64,000 nucleotides of DNA, from assembly GCA_963665125.2 (NCBI GenBank), contig CAXXUK010000001.1, forward strand, positions 2,880,001 to 2,944,000, given 5' to 3'. The notes under the pieces are model-generated. The model made no database searches. It was not told the origin of the DNA and worked only from the letters and a program-made list of their open reading frames with translations. This document shows positions 40,261 through 50,768 of the stretch, piece after piece. This stretch comes from an uncultured Desulfarculus sp. (GTDB lineage Bacteria > Desulfobacterota > Desulfarculia > Desulfarculales > Desulfarculaceae). The first letter of the stretch is position 1. Each line of letters opens with the position of its first letter. Position numbers and translations under genes: made by a program.

Positions 40261-40998
40261 ATGTCAGGACAACACATAATAGTCACCGGAGCCAGCTCCG
40301 GCATTGGCGAAGCCCTGGCCAAACGGTTTCTTGAAGCCGGAGCCAAGGTGGCCGTGTTTGCCCGCCGCCGCGAGCGGCTGGACACCCTGGCCGACCGGTA
40401 TCCCCAAAACTGCCTGGTGGTGGCCGGTGACCTGACCAATTCCGCCGACCGCCAGCGCCTGGTTGACGAAACCGTCAAGGCCTGGGGCCGCATCGACATC
40501 CTGGTCAACAACGCGGGCCTGGGTCCGTTCGGCGGCTTCTTGGAGGCCGGTCAGGACCTGTGGCGCGACGTGTTCGAGCTCAATGTCTTTGCCCAGGTCT
40601 TTCTGACCCAGGCGGTATTGCCGGTGATGCTGGGCCAAGGCTCGGGCCTTATCGTCAACATCGCGTCCATCGGCGGACTCATCGCCCACTCCGACAATGT
40701 CACGCCGTATGTGGCCAGCAAACACGCCCTGGTGGGCCTGTCCCGGGGCCTGCAAAAAGACCTGGCCGGAAGCGGCGTGCGGGTCAAGGCCGTCTGCCCA
40801 CACCTTACGGTCACAGAGCTTTTTTCCGCCTCGCCGGGGGCGGATCAGGCGGCCCCTGAAATCGAAAAATACAGGTCCTTCATGGACAGCGCCGATGATG
40901 TGGCCGCGGGCATCCTGGAGCAACTGGATGATGACGGCCTGATCCTGTTCCCAACGGGCAAGGCCCGCAAAGCCTATGAAAAGGCCAGGGAGATATAG
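40261..40998 (+). CDS. SDR family oxidoreductase
   Basis: TGASSGIG, NNAG, YVASK. Confidence 0.92.
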   Translation: MSGQHIIVTGASSGIGEALAKRFLEAGAKVAVFARRRERLDTLADRYPQNCLVVAGDLTNSADRQRLVDETVKAWGRIDILVNNAGLGPFGGFLEAGQDLWRDVFELNVFAQVFLTQAVLPVMLGQGSGLIVNIASIGGLIAHSDNVTPYVASKHALVGLSRGLQKDLAGSGVRVKAVCPHLTVTELFSASPGADQAAPEIEKYRSFMDSADDVAAGILEQLDDDGLILFPTGKARKAYEKAREI

Positions 40999-41745
40999 AT
41001 GAACGACCGGGCCATAAACAGCGCCTTGGTAACCGGCGGCGGATCGGGCATGGGCCGGGCCGTGGCCCTTCGCCTGGCCGTGGAAAACGCCCAGGTCTTC
41101 GTGGCCGATATCGACTTGAAGGCCGCAGAGGACGTGGCCACCCAAATCATCCAAAACGGCGGCAGGGCCCAGGCTCTGGTCGTGGACGTGGGCGATGCCG
41201 GGTCCGTGGAGAGGATGTTCGACTTCGTGGCCGGACTGACCCAGGGCCTGGACATGCTGGTGCACTGCGCGGCTATAATGGGAGACACGGCCTTTATCCA
41301 GGACGTCAGCGACGAGCAGTGGCGGCGGATGATGACCGTCACCCTGGACGGCGCTTTTTACTGCGCCCGGGGTGCCGTGCGGCTCATGGCCCAAAGCGGC
41401 GGCGGCCGGATTCTGCTTTTTTCATCCGTGGCTTCTCTCACCCCCACGCCCGGCGCCCTGCCCTATTCGGCGGCCAAGGGCGGCGTCAACATGCTGGGCC
41501 GCACCCTGGCCCTGGAAGCGGCCAAGCACAACATCAAGGTCAACGTGGTCGCGCCGGGCTACATCGATACGCCCATGCTCAACGCCCTGCCCCAGGGTTT
41601 TGGCGACTACATCATCAAGAAAACACCCCTGAAGCGCCTGGGCAAGGTGGAGGAGATCGCCGGGTTGGTGGCCTTTTTGGCCTCGCCCGAGGCGGATTTC
41701 ATCACCGGACAGGTCATCAGCCCCAACGGCGGGCTGGTCATATAG
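40999..41745 (+). CDS. FabG-like SDR oxidoreductase
   Basis: TGGGSGMG, YSAAK, PGYIDT, FITGQ. Confidence 0.92.
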   Translation: MNDRAINSALVTGGGSGMGRAVALRLAVENAQVFVADIDLKAAEDVATQIIQNGGRAQALVVDVGDAGSVERMFDFVAGLTQGLDMLVHCAAIMGDTAFIQDVSDEQWRRMMTVTLDGAFYCARGAVRLMAQSGGGRILLFSSVASLTPTPGALPYSAAKGGVNMLGRTLALEAAKHNIKVNVVAPGYIDTPMLNALPQGFGDYIIKKTPLKRLGKVEEIAGLVAFLASPEADFITGQVISPNGGLVI

Positions 41746-41760
41746 CGGAGAAAGCCGTAG

Positions 41761-42588
41761 ATGGCCCGGAAATACAAACACTTCATAATCGATAGCGGAC
41801 CGGAGATCAGCCGGGTGACCATCAGCCGGCCGGGCGACCGCAACTCCATCAACTCCGAGGTCATCGCCGAGTTGGGTCTGGTCTTGTCCGGCCTGGAGGC
41901 CACGGACTGCCGGGCGGTGATCTTCACCGGCGGCGGCGATGAATATTTCATCGGCGGGGCCGACGGCATCGAGATGATGCAGTGCACCCCGGATCAGGCC
42001 CGGGATTTTTCCCAGCGCATCCAGGCCGTGTTCGACCGCATGGAACACAGTCCGCTGATCCTGCTGGCGGCCATCAACGGCCTGTGCTTTGGCGGCGGCT
42101 TCGAGTTCGCCATGTCCTGCGACCTGAGGGTGGCTTCGGAAACGGCCCGCATCGGCCTGCCCGAGACCAAGGTGGGCATTATCCCCGGCGGCGGCGGCAC
42201 CCAGCGCCTGCCCCGGCTGGTGGGCATGGGCCTGGCCTCGGAAATGATCCTCACCGGAAGGCTCTACAAGGGCCAGGAGGCCCTGAGCCTGGGCCTGGTC
42301 AACCGCTGCGCACCCCAGGACAAGCTTTTGGCAAGCGCGGAAGACCTGCTGGCCCAGGCCCTGCGCCAGCCCCGGCACGCCCTGGCCCACGCCAAGGCCG
42401 CCCTGCGGGCCGCCCGCCACGAGACCCACGCCCAGGGCCAAAAAGCCGAGAGCGAACAATTCAGCCAGTGCTTCAAGCACGATTATTTTATCGAACTCAT
42501 GCGCAGCCAGCTCAGGGCCGGGACTCTGGTCAGCACGGCCCAGCTGCCCGCCGGATTTCTGGACGGCGGACCGGGCAAGGAGAAGTAA
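41761..42588 (+). CDS. Enoyl-CoA hydratase/isomerase
   Basis: AAING...GGGFE, GLPE.KVG..PG.GGTQRL. Confidence 0.93.
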   Translation: MARKYKHFIIDSGPEISRVTISRPGDRNSINSEVIAELGLVLSGLEATDCRAVIFTGGGDEYFIGGADGIEMMQCTPDQARDFSQRIQAVFDRMEHSPLILLAAINGLCFGGGFEFAMSCDLRVASETARIGLPETKVGIIPGGGGTQRLPRLVGMGLASEMILTGRLYKGQEALSLGLVNRCAPQDKLLASAEDLLAQALRQPRHALAHAKAALRAARHETHAQGQKAESEQFSQCFKHDYFIELMRSQLRAGTLVSTAQLPAGFLDGGPGKEK

Positions 42589-43164
42589 ATGAAGGTCATC
42601 GGCATCACCGGCAGCCTCAGGCCCCAGTCGAACACCATGGTCTACGTCAAAACCGCCCTGGCCGAACTGGAAAAGCAGGGCCTGGAGACCGAACTGATCT
42701 CCCTGCGCGGCAAGAACATCAAGCCCTGCCTGGGCTGTTACAAGTGCGTCGAAACGGCCAAATGCGCCCAGGCCGACGACGACTTCGCGGAAATCCTGGA
42801 AAAAATGAAACAGGCCGACGGCATAATCCTGGGCTCGCCGGTGTACCTGTCTTCGGTGGTGCCCCAGATGATGGCCCTGTTGGCCAGGGCGACTTTCGTG
42901 GCCCACTGGAACGACAAGTTTCTCAAGGACAAGGTCGGCGGCCCCATCACCGTGGCCCGCCGGGCCGGTCACAACATGGCCTTTTCCCAGCTATTACTCT
43001 GGTTCTTCATCAACGGCATCACCGTGCCCGGCTCCACCTACTGGACCGTGGGCATGGCCGGCCAAAGCGGGGCCCACGACGCGGACAACGATGAAGAGGG
43101 CCTGATGCACGTTACGAACTTCGCGGCCAACATGGCCGGCGTAATGAAAAAACTGTTCGCCTAG
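42589..43164 (+). CDS. Iron-sulfur flavoprotein (flavodoxin-like)
   Basis: GSLR..SNT, CLGCYKC.....C, GSPVY. Confidence 0.9.
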   Translation: MKVIGITGSLRPQSNTMVYVKTALAELEKQGLETELISLRGKNIKPCLGCYKCVETAKCAQADDDFAEILEKMKQADGIILGSPVYLSSVVPQMMALLARATFVAHWNDKFLKDKVGGPITVARRAGHNMAFSQLLLWFFINGITVPGSTYWTVGMAGQSGAHDADNDEEGLMHVTNFAANMAGVMKKLFA

Positions 43165-43177
43165 AGGGATAAGCACC

Positions 43178-44695
43178 ATGAGCACCATAGGAGACTGGCT
43201 GACCAAACGCGAGATGCTAAGCCCCGGCAAGGAGGCCGTGGTCGACGGCGGCCGCCGCCTGACCTACGCCCAGCTCAACAGGCGGGTCAACCAACTGTCC
43301 CGGGCCTTTCAGAAGATGGGCCTTGCCCACGGCGACCGGGTGGCCATGCTCAGCTACAACTGCCTGGAGTACGTCGAGGTGATCATGGCCGCGGCCAAGC
43401 TGGGCCTGGTTCTGGTGCCGCTGAACTGGCGGCTGGCCCCGGCCGAGCTGGTGTTCATCCTCTCCGACAGCCAGACCAACGTGCTGGCCTTCGACCCGGA
43501 GCTGGCCGAACTGGCCGACCAGGTCAACCAGCAACTCCCCCTCAGGCAACTCGTCACCCTGGGCCAAAAGCAGGTCTTGGGCGCCGACGCCTATGAAGAC
43601 ATCCTGGCCGTGGAGAGCGCCGCCGAGCCAGTTGTCGCAAGCGGCGTGAGTCTGGAAAACCCACACATCATCATGTACACCTCGGGCACCACCGGCAAGC
43701 CCAAGGGGGCCATACTCAGCCAAAACGGCAGCTTTTACAACGCCTTGAACCTGCAAGTGGCCCTGGACTTCACCAGCGCCGACCGCGACCTGCTGGTGTT
43801 GCCCATGTTCCACATCGGAGGCATCGGCCTGTTCACCCTGCCCATGCTCTACGTGGGCGGCACGGTGATCATCCAGCGCACCTTCGAGCCCGGCCAGACC
43901 ATCAAGCTGTTGCAGACCGAAGACATCAGCCTGTTCTTCGGCGTCCCGGCAGTGTTTTTGTTCCTGGCCCAGCATCCGGATTTCAGGGCAAGCGGCCTGG
44001 ACAAGCTGCGGGTGGTGATGAGCGGCGGCGCGCCCCTGCCCCAGAGCCTGGTCAAGTCTTACAAAGAGTCCGGCGTGACCCTGCGCCAGGGCTTCGGCAT
44101 GAGCGAGGCCTCGCCGTCCATAGCCACGCTGGAGGAAGAATTGGCCCTGTCCAAGGCCGGCTCCATCGGCAAACCCCTGATGCACCTGGACGTGCGCATC
44201 GTCGACGACGACGACAACGAGATGCCCAGGGGCCGGGTGGGCGAGCTGGTCATGCGTGGACCCAACGTGATGCAGGGATATTGGAACCGGCCCGAGGCCA
44301 CGGCCGAGGCCATGCGCGGCGGCTGGTTCCACTCTGGCGACCTGGCCTACCAGGACGCTGAAGGCGACCTGTTCATCGTCGACCGCAAGAAGGACATGTT
44401 CATCTCCGGCGGAGAGAACGTCTACCCCTCGGAGGTCGAGGACGCGATCTATGAAATCGGCCAGGTGGCCGAAGCGGCGGTAATCGGCATACCCGACGCC
44501 AAATGGGGCGAGGTGGGTTGCGCCGTGGTGGCCCTCAAGGAGGGCATGGATATGGAAACCGGTGACATCATCAGTCATCTACAGCAGCGCTTGGCAAAGT
44601 ACAAGATCCCCAAAAAAGTGGCCTTTGTGGAGGCCTTGCCGCGAAATGCGGCCGGAAAGGTTTTGAAAACCGAGCTCAGGCGGCTTTATGCCTGA
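43178..44695 (+). CDS. Acyl-CoA ligase
   Basis: YTSGTTGKPKG, FGMSE, WFHSGD, DRKKD. Confidence 0.93.
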   Translation: MSTIGDWLTKREMLSPGKEAVVDGGRRLTYAQLNRRVNQLSRAFQKMGLAHGDRVAMLSYNCLEYVEVIMAAAKLGLVLVPLNWRLAPAELVFILSDSQTNVLAFDPELAELADQVNQQLPLRQLVTLGQKQVLGADAYEDILAVESAAEPVVASGVSLENPHIIMYTSGTTGKPKGAILSQNGSFYNALNLQVALDFTSADRDLLVLPMFHIGGIGLFTLPMLYVGGTVIIQRTFEPGQTIKLLQTEDISLFFGVPAVFLFLAQHPDFRASGLDKLRVVMSGGAPLPQSLVKSYKESGVTLRQGFGMSEASPSIATLEEELALSKAGSIGKPLMHLDVRIVDDDDNEMPRGRVGELVMRGPNVMQGYWNRPEATAEAMRGGWFHSGDLAYQDAEGDLFIVDRKKDMFISGGENVYPSEVEDAIYEIGQVAEAAVIGIPDAKWGEVGCAVVALKEGMDMETGDIISHLQQRLAKYKIPKKVAFVEALPRNAAGKVLKTELRRLYA

Positions 44696-44756
44696 GCCGG
44701 ACCGGTTTCGCTGTCTCAAAAACGAACCAAGGCAATTTGGAAAGGGAGAAAAGACC

Positions 44757-45965
44757 ATGAATCTCGGAAAGATGGCTAAGATAGCGGCTATCGGCGCCTT
44801 GGCGCTGCTGTTGGCCGCGCCCATGGCCTTCGCGGCCAAACCGATCAAGATCGCCCAGGTCGTAGGCGTCACCGGACCGTACGAAGCCTACGCCAAGCAG
44901 TCCATCAACGGCTTCAAGATGGGCCTGGAGTATGCCACGGGCGGCACCATGGAGGTCCTGGGACGGCCCATCGAGGTCATCGTCAAGGACACCCATCTTC
45001 AGCCGGCCAAGGGCAAGCAGCTGTTGACCGAGGCCTACAAGGATGACAAGGTCGACCTGGCTGTCGGCGGCGTTTCCTCGGCCGTGGCCATGGCCATGCT
45101 GCCGGTGGCCCAGGAGTTCAAGAAGGTGCTGATCGTCGAGCCCGCCGTGGCCGACTCCATCACCGGCAGCGCCTGGAACCCCTACATCTTCCGCACGGGC
45201 CGTTGCTCCAGCCAGGACGCCATCAGCAACGCCGTTGCCGTGGCCAAGCCCGGCGTGGTCATCGCCACCCTGGCCCAGGACTACGCATTCGGCCGTGACG
45301 GCGTGGCCGCCTACAAGGAAGCTGCCGAGGCCCTGGGCGCCAAGGTCGTGCACGAAGAGTTCGTGCCGCCCAAGACCACCGACTTCACCGCCCCGGCCCA
45401 GCGCATCATCGGCGCCATGAGCAAGTACAAGGACCAGCCCAAGTACCTGTTCGTCATCTGGGCGGGCAAGGGCAACCCCCTGGGCAAACTGGTTGAGATG
45501 AAGATCACCGACAAGTACGGCATCAAGCTGACTTCCGGCGGCAACATCCTCGACGCCCTGAAGCTCTACAAGCCCCTGGTGGGCATGGAGGGCGCCGGCT
45601 ACTACTACTATGAAAACCCCAAGAACGAGGTCAACGACTGGTTCGTGGCCGAACACAAGAAGCGCTTTGAAGGCGCTCCGCCCGACTTCTTCACCTGCGG
45701 CGGTTTCTCGGCCGGCGTGGCCGTGGTCGAGGCCATCAAGAAGGCCGGCGGCACCGACTCCGAAAAGCTGGTCAAGGCCATGGAAGGCATGAAGTTCATG
45801 ACTCCCAAGGGCGAGATGGTGTTCCGGCCCGAGGATCACCAGGCCCTGCAGAGCATGTTCGCCTTCAAGATCAAGGTCGAGCCCAACGTGGAGTGGGCCA
45901 TTCCCGAGCTTACACGGGTGATCACCATCGAAGAGATGGATATCCCGATTCGCAACAAGCGCTAA
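44757..45965 (+). CDS. ABC transporter substrate-binding protein (Liv/HAAT type)
   Basis: Signal peptide, YIFRTGR, DYAFG, FMTPKG...FR. Confidence 0.92.
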   Translation: MNLGKMAKIAAIGALALLLAAPMAFAAKPIKIAQVVGVTGPYEAYAKQSINGFKMGLEYATGGTMEVLGRPIEVIVKDTHLQPAKGKQLLTEAYKDDKVDLAVGGVSSAVAMAMLPVAQEFKKVLIVEPAVADSITGSAWNPYIFRTGRCSSQDAISNAVAVAKPGVVIATLAQDYAFGRDGVAAYKEAAEALGAKVVHEEFVPPKTTDFTAPAQRIIGAMSKYKDQPKYLFVIWAGKGNPLGKLVEMKITDKYGIKLTSGGNILDALKLYKPLVGMEGAGYYYYENPKNEVNDWFVAEHKKRFEGAPPDFFTCGGFSAGVAVVEAIKKAGGTDSEKLVKAMEGMKFMTPKGEMVFRPEDHQALQSMFAFKIKVEPNVEWAIPELTRVITIEEMDIPIRNKR

Positions 45966-45982
45966 GAAGGCGCAGCTAACCA

Positions 45983-46019
45983 GGCGCGGCGGGCCGCTAA
46001 CCCCTCGGCCCGCCGCGCC
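45983..46019 (+). other. Intercistronic 14-bp perfect hairpin
   Basis: GGCGCGGCGGGCCG-N9-CGGCCCGCCGCGCC with no U-tract. Confidence 0.75.
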
Positions 46020-46039
46020 GCCTGAAACGGAGAAAAGCC

Positions 46040-46810
46040 GTGTCTGGCCAAGAGCCAATAATCAAGAGCAGGGACCTGACGGTTCGCTTCGGCGGCAACG
46101 TGGCCGTCAACCAGGTGAACCTGGTGGTGGAGCCATTCACCCTGAAATCGATCATCGGGCCCAACGGCGCGGGCAAAACGACCCTGTTCAACCTGCTCAG
46201 CGGACAATACAAGCCCACCAGCGGCCAGATATTCTTCAAGGGCCGGGACGTGACCCCCCTTGGTCCGGCCGGCCGGACCCACCTGGGTATCGGCCGCTCG
46301 TTTCAGCTGACCAATATCTTCCCCAACCTCACCGTGCTGGAAAACGTGCGCCTGGCCCTGCAATCCAAGGCCGGGGTCAGCTTCGTGTTCTGGCGGGACT
46401 ACCGATCATACTCAGACCTGGAGGACCGGGCCTACGAGCTGCTGGAACAGGTGCTCATGGCCGAATGCTGGGATCAAGACGCCTCCACCCTGACCCACGG
46501 CGAACAGCGCAAGCTGGAGATCGCCATCCTGTTGGCCCTGGAGCCGGACGTGATGCTCCTGGATGAGCCCACTGCGGGCATGAGCCTGGAGGAAGTGCCG
46601 GCCATTCTGGAATTGATAAAGAAAATCAAAGAATCCCGCAAGCGGACCATCATGCTTGTGGAACATAAATTCGACATGATCATGAACCTGTCGGACTCCA
46701 TCGCCGTGCTCAAGGAAGGGCGGCTGATCTGCGACGACACGCCCGAGGCGGTTAGTTGCAACGCCGAGGTGCTGGAGGCCTATCTGGGAGGAGGTGTGGC
46801 CAATGCCTGA
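46040..46810 (+). CDS. ABC ATP-binding protein (LivG-like)
   Basis: GPNGAGKT, LLDEPTAG, VEH. Confidence 0.95.
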   Translation: MSGQEPIIKSRDLTVRFGGNVAVNQVNLVVEPFTLKSIIGPNGAGKTTLFNLLSGQYKPTSGQIFFKGRDVTPLGPAGRTHLGIGRSFQLTNIFPNLTVLENVRLALQSKAGVSFVFWRDYRSYSDLEDRAYELLEQVLMAECWDQDASTLTHGEQRKLEIAILLALEPDVMLLDEPTAGMSLEEVPAILELIKKIKESRKRTIMLVEHKFDMIMNLSDSIAVLKEGRLICDDTPEAVSCNAEVLEAYLGGGVANA

Positions 46811-47516
46811 TGTCATCCTGTCCCTGGAAGGGGTTCATACATATATAGACCAGCACCACATCCTCCAGGGCGTGACCCTGGAGGTGCCCCGGGGCGACGC
46901 CCTGGTGCTTTTGGGCCGCAATGGCGCGGGCAAATCAACCACCATGCGCACCATCATGGGCCTGACGCCCGCCGGCAAGGGCTCCATCACCTATGACGGC
47001 CAGCCCCTGCCCGCCGACATCAAGCCCTATGAAATAGCCCGCATGGGCATCGGCTTCGTGCCCGAAGACCAGGCCGTGCTCTACACCCTGACCGTGGAGG
47101 AAAACTTCCGCCTGGCCATGCAAAAGGAGGACGAGGCCTCCCACAAGCGCCAGGAGCAGGTCTTCGAGCTGTTCCCGGACCTCAAGAAGTTCTGGAAGCA
47201 AAAGGCCGGGGTGCTCTCGGGCGGCCAAAAGCAGATGCTGGCCATTGCCCGGACCATGGTCAACGACAACAAGCTGCTGCTCATCGACGAGCCGTCAAAG
47301 GGCCTGGCCCCCATCCTGGTGGACCAGTTGGCCGACTCCATGAACCAGATCAAGGCCCAGACCACCATCGTGCTGGTGGAACAGAACTTCCACATGGCCA
47401 GCAAGGTGGGGGCCAATTACTACATCCTCGACGACGGCCGGGTGGCCCACAACGGGGCCATGGCCGATCTGAAGGACAATCACGAACTTAAACAAAAATA
47501 CCTGGGTATTGCATAA
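46803..47516 (+). CDS. ABC ATP-binding protein (LivF-like)
   Basis: GRNGAGKS, LSGGQKQM, DEPSKGLAP. Confidence 0.95.
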   Translation: MPDVILSLEGVHTYIDQHHILQGVTLEVPRGDALVLLGRNGAGKSTTMRTIMGLTPAGKGSITYDGQPLPADIKPYEIARMGIGFVPEDQAVLYTLTVEENFRLAMQKEDEASHKRQEQVFELFPDLKKFWKQKAGVLSGGQKQMLAIARTMVNDNKLLLIDEPSKGLAPILVDQLADSMNQIKAQTTIVLVEQNFHMASKVGANYYILDDGRVAHNGAMADLKDNHELKQKYLGIA

Positions 47517-47529
47517 GGGCGGACATGTC

Positions 47530-48549
47530 ATGGAAACCACGGGACAAACATTAAGCATGGCACAGGAGCCGGGCATCGGCGCCAAGGCCTGGGCCGCCCG
47601 TATCGCGGCGGTGGGCGTGTGGCTGTTGCCCCTGCTCTGGATCGACCTGACCACCTATCTGGTGCTCACCGTGGCCGGCGTCACCATGGGCATGCTGCTG
47701 TTTCTGACCGCTTCGGGCTTTACGGTGATCCTGGGCCTGATGGACGTGATCAACCTGGCCCACGGCGCGTTCTTCGCCTTTGGGGCCTATGCCGGATTCA
47801 CGGCCCTGAGCTGGCTCAACACCCTGGGCTGGGTGGAGACGGCCACCCTGAGCCAAAGCGTTTTGAGCGTGCTCATCGCCCTGGGCGTATCGCTGGTCAT
47901 CGGCATACTTTTGGGCGTTGTCATGGAATGGTTGATTATCCGCCGGGCCTACGGCAGCCACCTCAAACAGATCCTCATCACCATGGGCGCGTCACTGGTA
48001 ATCGCCGAGATCATCACCATCATCTGGGGCCCCAACGACGAGGTCATGCTGGCCCCGGCGGCGTTCACCGGCAGCATCGACATCATGGACGTGATCATCG
48101 AGAAATTCCGCATCCTGTCCATCGTCGTCTGCCTGGTGGTGTTTTTGGGCATGAACTACGTGCTCAAGCGCACCAAGCTGGGCATCATCGTCCGGGCCGG
48201 CGTGGAAAACGGCGAGGTGGTCCAGGTATTGGGCCACAACATCCGCCGCATCTTCACCTATGTCTTCGCCGCGGGCGCGGGCCTGGCGGCCATGGGCGGC
48301 ACCATGTGGTCCATCTACACCCGGGAGATCCGGCCCGACATGGGCGAATCCAGCCTGATCTTCGCCCTGATCGTGGTGGTCATCGGCGGCCTGGGCTCGG
48401 TGACGGGATGCCTGCTGGCCTCGCTGATGGTGGGCCTGGCCTTCAACTACGTGGCCTATTCCATCCCCACCCTGGCCCTGGGCGTCAACATCATGATCAT
48501 GGCCATAATCCTGTTGCTGCGGCCCAACGGGCTGTTGGGTCAGGAGTAA
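47530..48549 (+). CDS. ABC permease (LivH-like)
   Basis: INLAHG, VVIGGLGS, RPNGLLG. Confidence 0.93.
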   Translation: METTGQTLSMAQEPGIGAKAWAARIAAVGVWLLPLLWIDLTTYLVLTVAGVTMGMLLFLTASGFTVILGLMDVINLAHGAFFAFGAYAGFTALSWLNTLGWVETATLSQSVLSVLIALGVSLVIGILLGVVMEWLIIRRAYGSHLKQILITMGASLVIAEIITIIWGPNDEVMLAPAAFTGSIDIMDVIIEKFRILSIVVCLVVFLGMNYVLKRTKLGIIVRAGVENGEVVQVLGHNIRRIFTYVFAAGAGLAAMGGTMWSIYTREIRPDMGESSLIFALIVVVIGGLGSVTGCLLASLMVGLAFNYVAYSIPTLALGVNIMIMAIILLLRPNGLLGQE

Positions 48550-48553
48550 GGAT

Positions 48554-49723
48554 ATGAGACAGATGCAATCAGAGATCACTCCGGTCCAGCAAAAGCGGAT
48601 GCTCGACGCATCGGGCAGGCTGAAAAAGCCGACCTTGTGGCTGCAACTGATTATCCTGGCGGCCTTTTTGGTCGAGCCGCTGTTCATCGGGTCTTTCCGG
48701 ATCATGGACGTGGCGGCCAAGATAATGGTCTTTTCCGTGCTGGTGGCCTCCTATGACCTCCTGCTGGGTTTCACGGGCATCTTCTCCCTGGCCCACGCCA
48801 TGTTCTTCGGCATCGGGGCCTATTCCATGGCTTTGTTGGTCCACCACTCCGGCGGCGGGGCCTGGTATCACCTGATCCTGGCCCCGGTCATTGCCGTGGC
48901 GCTGAGCGCCTCCATTTCGCTGCTCATCGCCTTTTTCAGCCTGCGGTTCAAGGCCCTGTTCTTCGTGGTGATGACCCTGGCCCTGGCCCAGTTCGCCGAG
49001 ATCCTTTCCGTGCAGTGGCACGGCCTGACCATGGGCGAGGACGGCGTATCCTTCGACCTGCCCGGCTGGCTTGCTTCCAGTTGGGACGGCAGCTTCCTGG
49101 GCATCCCCTTCAGCGGCCGCATGGTGACCTACTATGTGATCCTGATCGCCGCCGTGGTGCTGTTTGTCGGGCTGGTGCGCTTCGTGCGCTCCCCGGCGGG
49201 CCGGGTGTTGCAATCCATCCGCGAAAACGAGCAGCGCTCCACGGCCATCGGCTTCAAGACCTTCAACTACCAGGTCCTGGCCAATGTCTTCGGCTCGTCG
49301 GTGGCCGCCCTGTGCGGCGTGCTCTACGCCATGTGGGTGCGCTTCGTGGACCCGGAGTCGGCCATGGCCATGGGCATCATGCTCAACATCCTGCTGATGC
49401 TGGTCATCGGCGGCATGGGCTCGCTGTACGGCGCCATCGCCGGTTCGGCCTTCGTGCTGGTGGCCGAATCCTGGCTGGCCGACGGGTTGCAAGCCGTCAA
49501 GGTCATATTGCCCCAAAGCGTGTTCCTGGACCGCCTGACCGACCGCTGGGTGCTGTATTTCGGCATCCTGTTCATCCTGGTGGTCATCTTCTTCCCCAAG
49601 GGCATCGTCGGCACGGTCAAGGACGCCATTAGAAGGCGCAGACAGCGCCTGTCCAGGATCAAGAGCACCCTGGAGGCGCAGCAGCATCTCACCAAAGAGG
49701 AGGTTCTGGGCAATGCCGGATAA
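48554..49723 (+). CDS. ABC permease (LivM-like)
   Basis: G..SLAHAMFFG.GAY, T.GEDG, IRENE, GGMG, FPKG. Confidence 0.93.
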   Translation: MRQMQSEITPVQQKRMLDASGRLKKPTLWLQLIILAAFLVEPLFIGSFRIMDVAAKIMVFSVLVASYDLLLGFTGIFSLAHAMFFGIGAYSMALLVHHSGGGAWYHLILAPVIAVALSASISLLIAFFSLRFKALFFVVMTLALAQFAEILSVQWHGLTMGEDGVSFDLPGWLASSWDGSFLGIPFSGRMVTYYVILIAAVVLFVGLVRFVRSPAGRVLQSIRENEQRSTAIGFKTFNYQVLANVFGSSVAALCGVLYAMWVRFVDPESAMAMGIMLNILLMLVIGGMGSLYGAIAGSAFVLVAESWLADGLQAVKVILPQSVFLDRLTDRWVLYFGILFILVVIFFPKGIVGTVKDAIRRRRQRLSRIKSTLEAQQHLTKEEVLGNAG

Positions 49724-50768
49724 AAAACCATCCGCGGGCATTCTCAGCCTGGCCACATACATTCCCCGGGCCTATCACGATGCCGATTTCATCGCCTCCC
49801 AGAGCGACACACCGGCCGAGATAATCCGCACCAAGCTGGGCTGGCATCAGAAGAACGTGCCCGGACCAGGCGACGGCACCGTGGCCATGGGCCTCAAGGC
49901 CGCCCGCAAGGCCCTGTACAATTCGCGGCTCAAGCCCGAGGACATCGACCTGGTGATCTGGTCCGGCGAAGAGGTCAAGGAATACCGCAACTGGCCGGTG
50001 GGCCCCAAGATCCAAAAGGAGCTGGGCCTGAAAAACGCCTGGTCGTTCGACATGCAGCAGCGCTGCGGCACCACCCTGGTGGCCCTGAAGCTGGCCTACG
50101 ACATGATCCGGGCCGACGAAAAGATCAACAACGTGCTGATCGTCTCGGCCTACCGCAATTCGGATCTGATCCACTACGCCAACAACAACGTCCGCTGGAT
50201 GTTCTATCTGGCCGCCGGAGGCGCGGCCTGCGTGGTCCAGCGCGACTGCCACGTCAATGAGTTGTTGGCCAGCCATTACCTCAGCGACGGCTCGTTCGCC
50301 TGGGACGTCTACGTGCCCGAGGGCGGATCGGCCAAGCCCATGACCCCCGAGGGCCTGCGCAACCACCGCCAGTATCTGGACGTCATGGATCCGGTGGGCA
50401 TGAAACAGCGCCTGGAAAAGCTCAGCCTGAGCAACTGGCTGCTGTGCATCGACGCGGCCCTGGCCAAGGCCGGCTACACCCGCAAGGACGTGGACTACCT
50501 GGCCACCCTGTTGGTCAAACGCAGCGCCCACGACTATCTGATGAACCAGCTGGGTCTGAAGCCCGAGCAGACCCGCTATCTGGCGGAATTCGGCCACCAC
50601 GGCCAGAACGACCAGCTGTTGTCCCTGGAACTGGCCACCGAGGAAGGCCGCCTCAAGGACGGCGATCTGGTGCTGATGATCTCGGCGGGCATCGGCTATG
50701 CCTGGGGCGTGGTGGTGATGCGTTGGGGCCCCCGCCGGGGTCTGATCGAGGAAAGGCGCAGCGCATGA
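49713..50768 (+). CDS. KAS III/FabH-like protein A (catalytic Cys present)
   Basis: FDMQQRCGT, GGAA, GHHG, SAGIGYAW. Confidence 0.88.
   Translation: MPDKKPSAGILSLATYIPRAYHDADFIASQSDTPAEIIRTKLGWHQKNVPGPGDGTVAMGLKAARKALYNSRLKPEDIDLVIWSGEEVKEYRNWPVGPKIQKELGLKNAWSFDMQQRCGTTLVALKLAYDMIRADEKINNVLIVSAYRNSDLIHYANNNVRWMFYLAAGGAACVVQRDCHVNELLASHYLSDGSFAWDVYVPEGGSAKPMTPEGLRNHRQYLDVMDPVGMKQRLEKLSLSNWLLCIDAALAKAGYTRKDVDYLATLLVKRSAHDYLMNQLGLKPEQTRYLAEFGHHGQNDQLLSLELATEEGRLKDGDLVLMISAGIGYAWGVVVMRWGPRRGLIEERRSA

Noticed and set aside
50444..50764. N-terminal extensions in track ORFs (this ligase, trpB, trpC, trpF, pheA and others)
   Set aside because: They overlap upstream genes; downstream starts have an SD or stop-start coupling and typical family lengths
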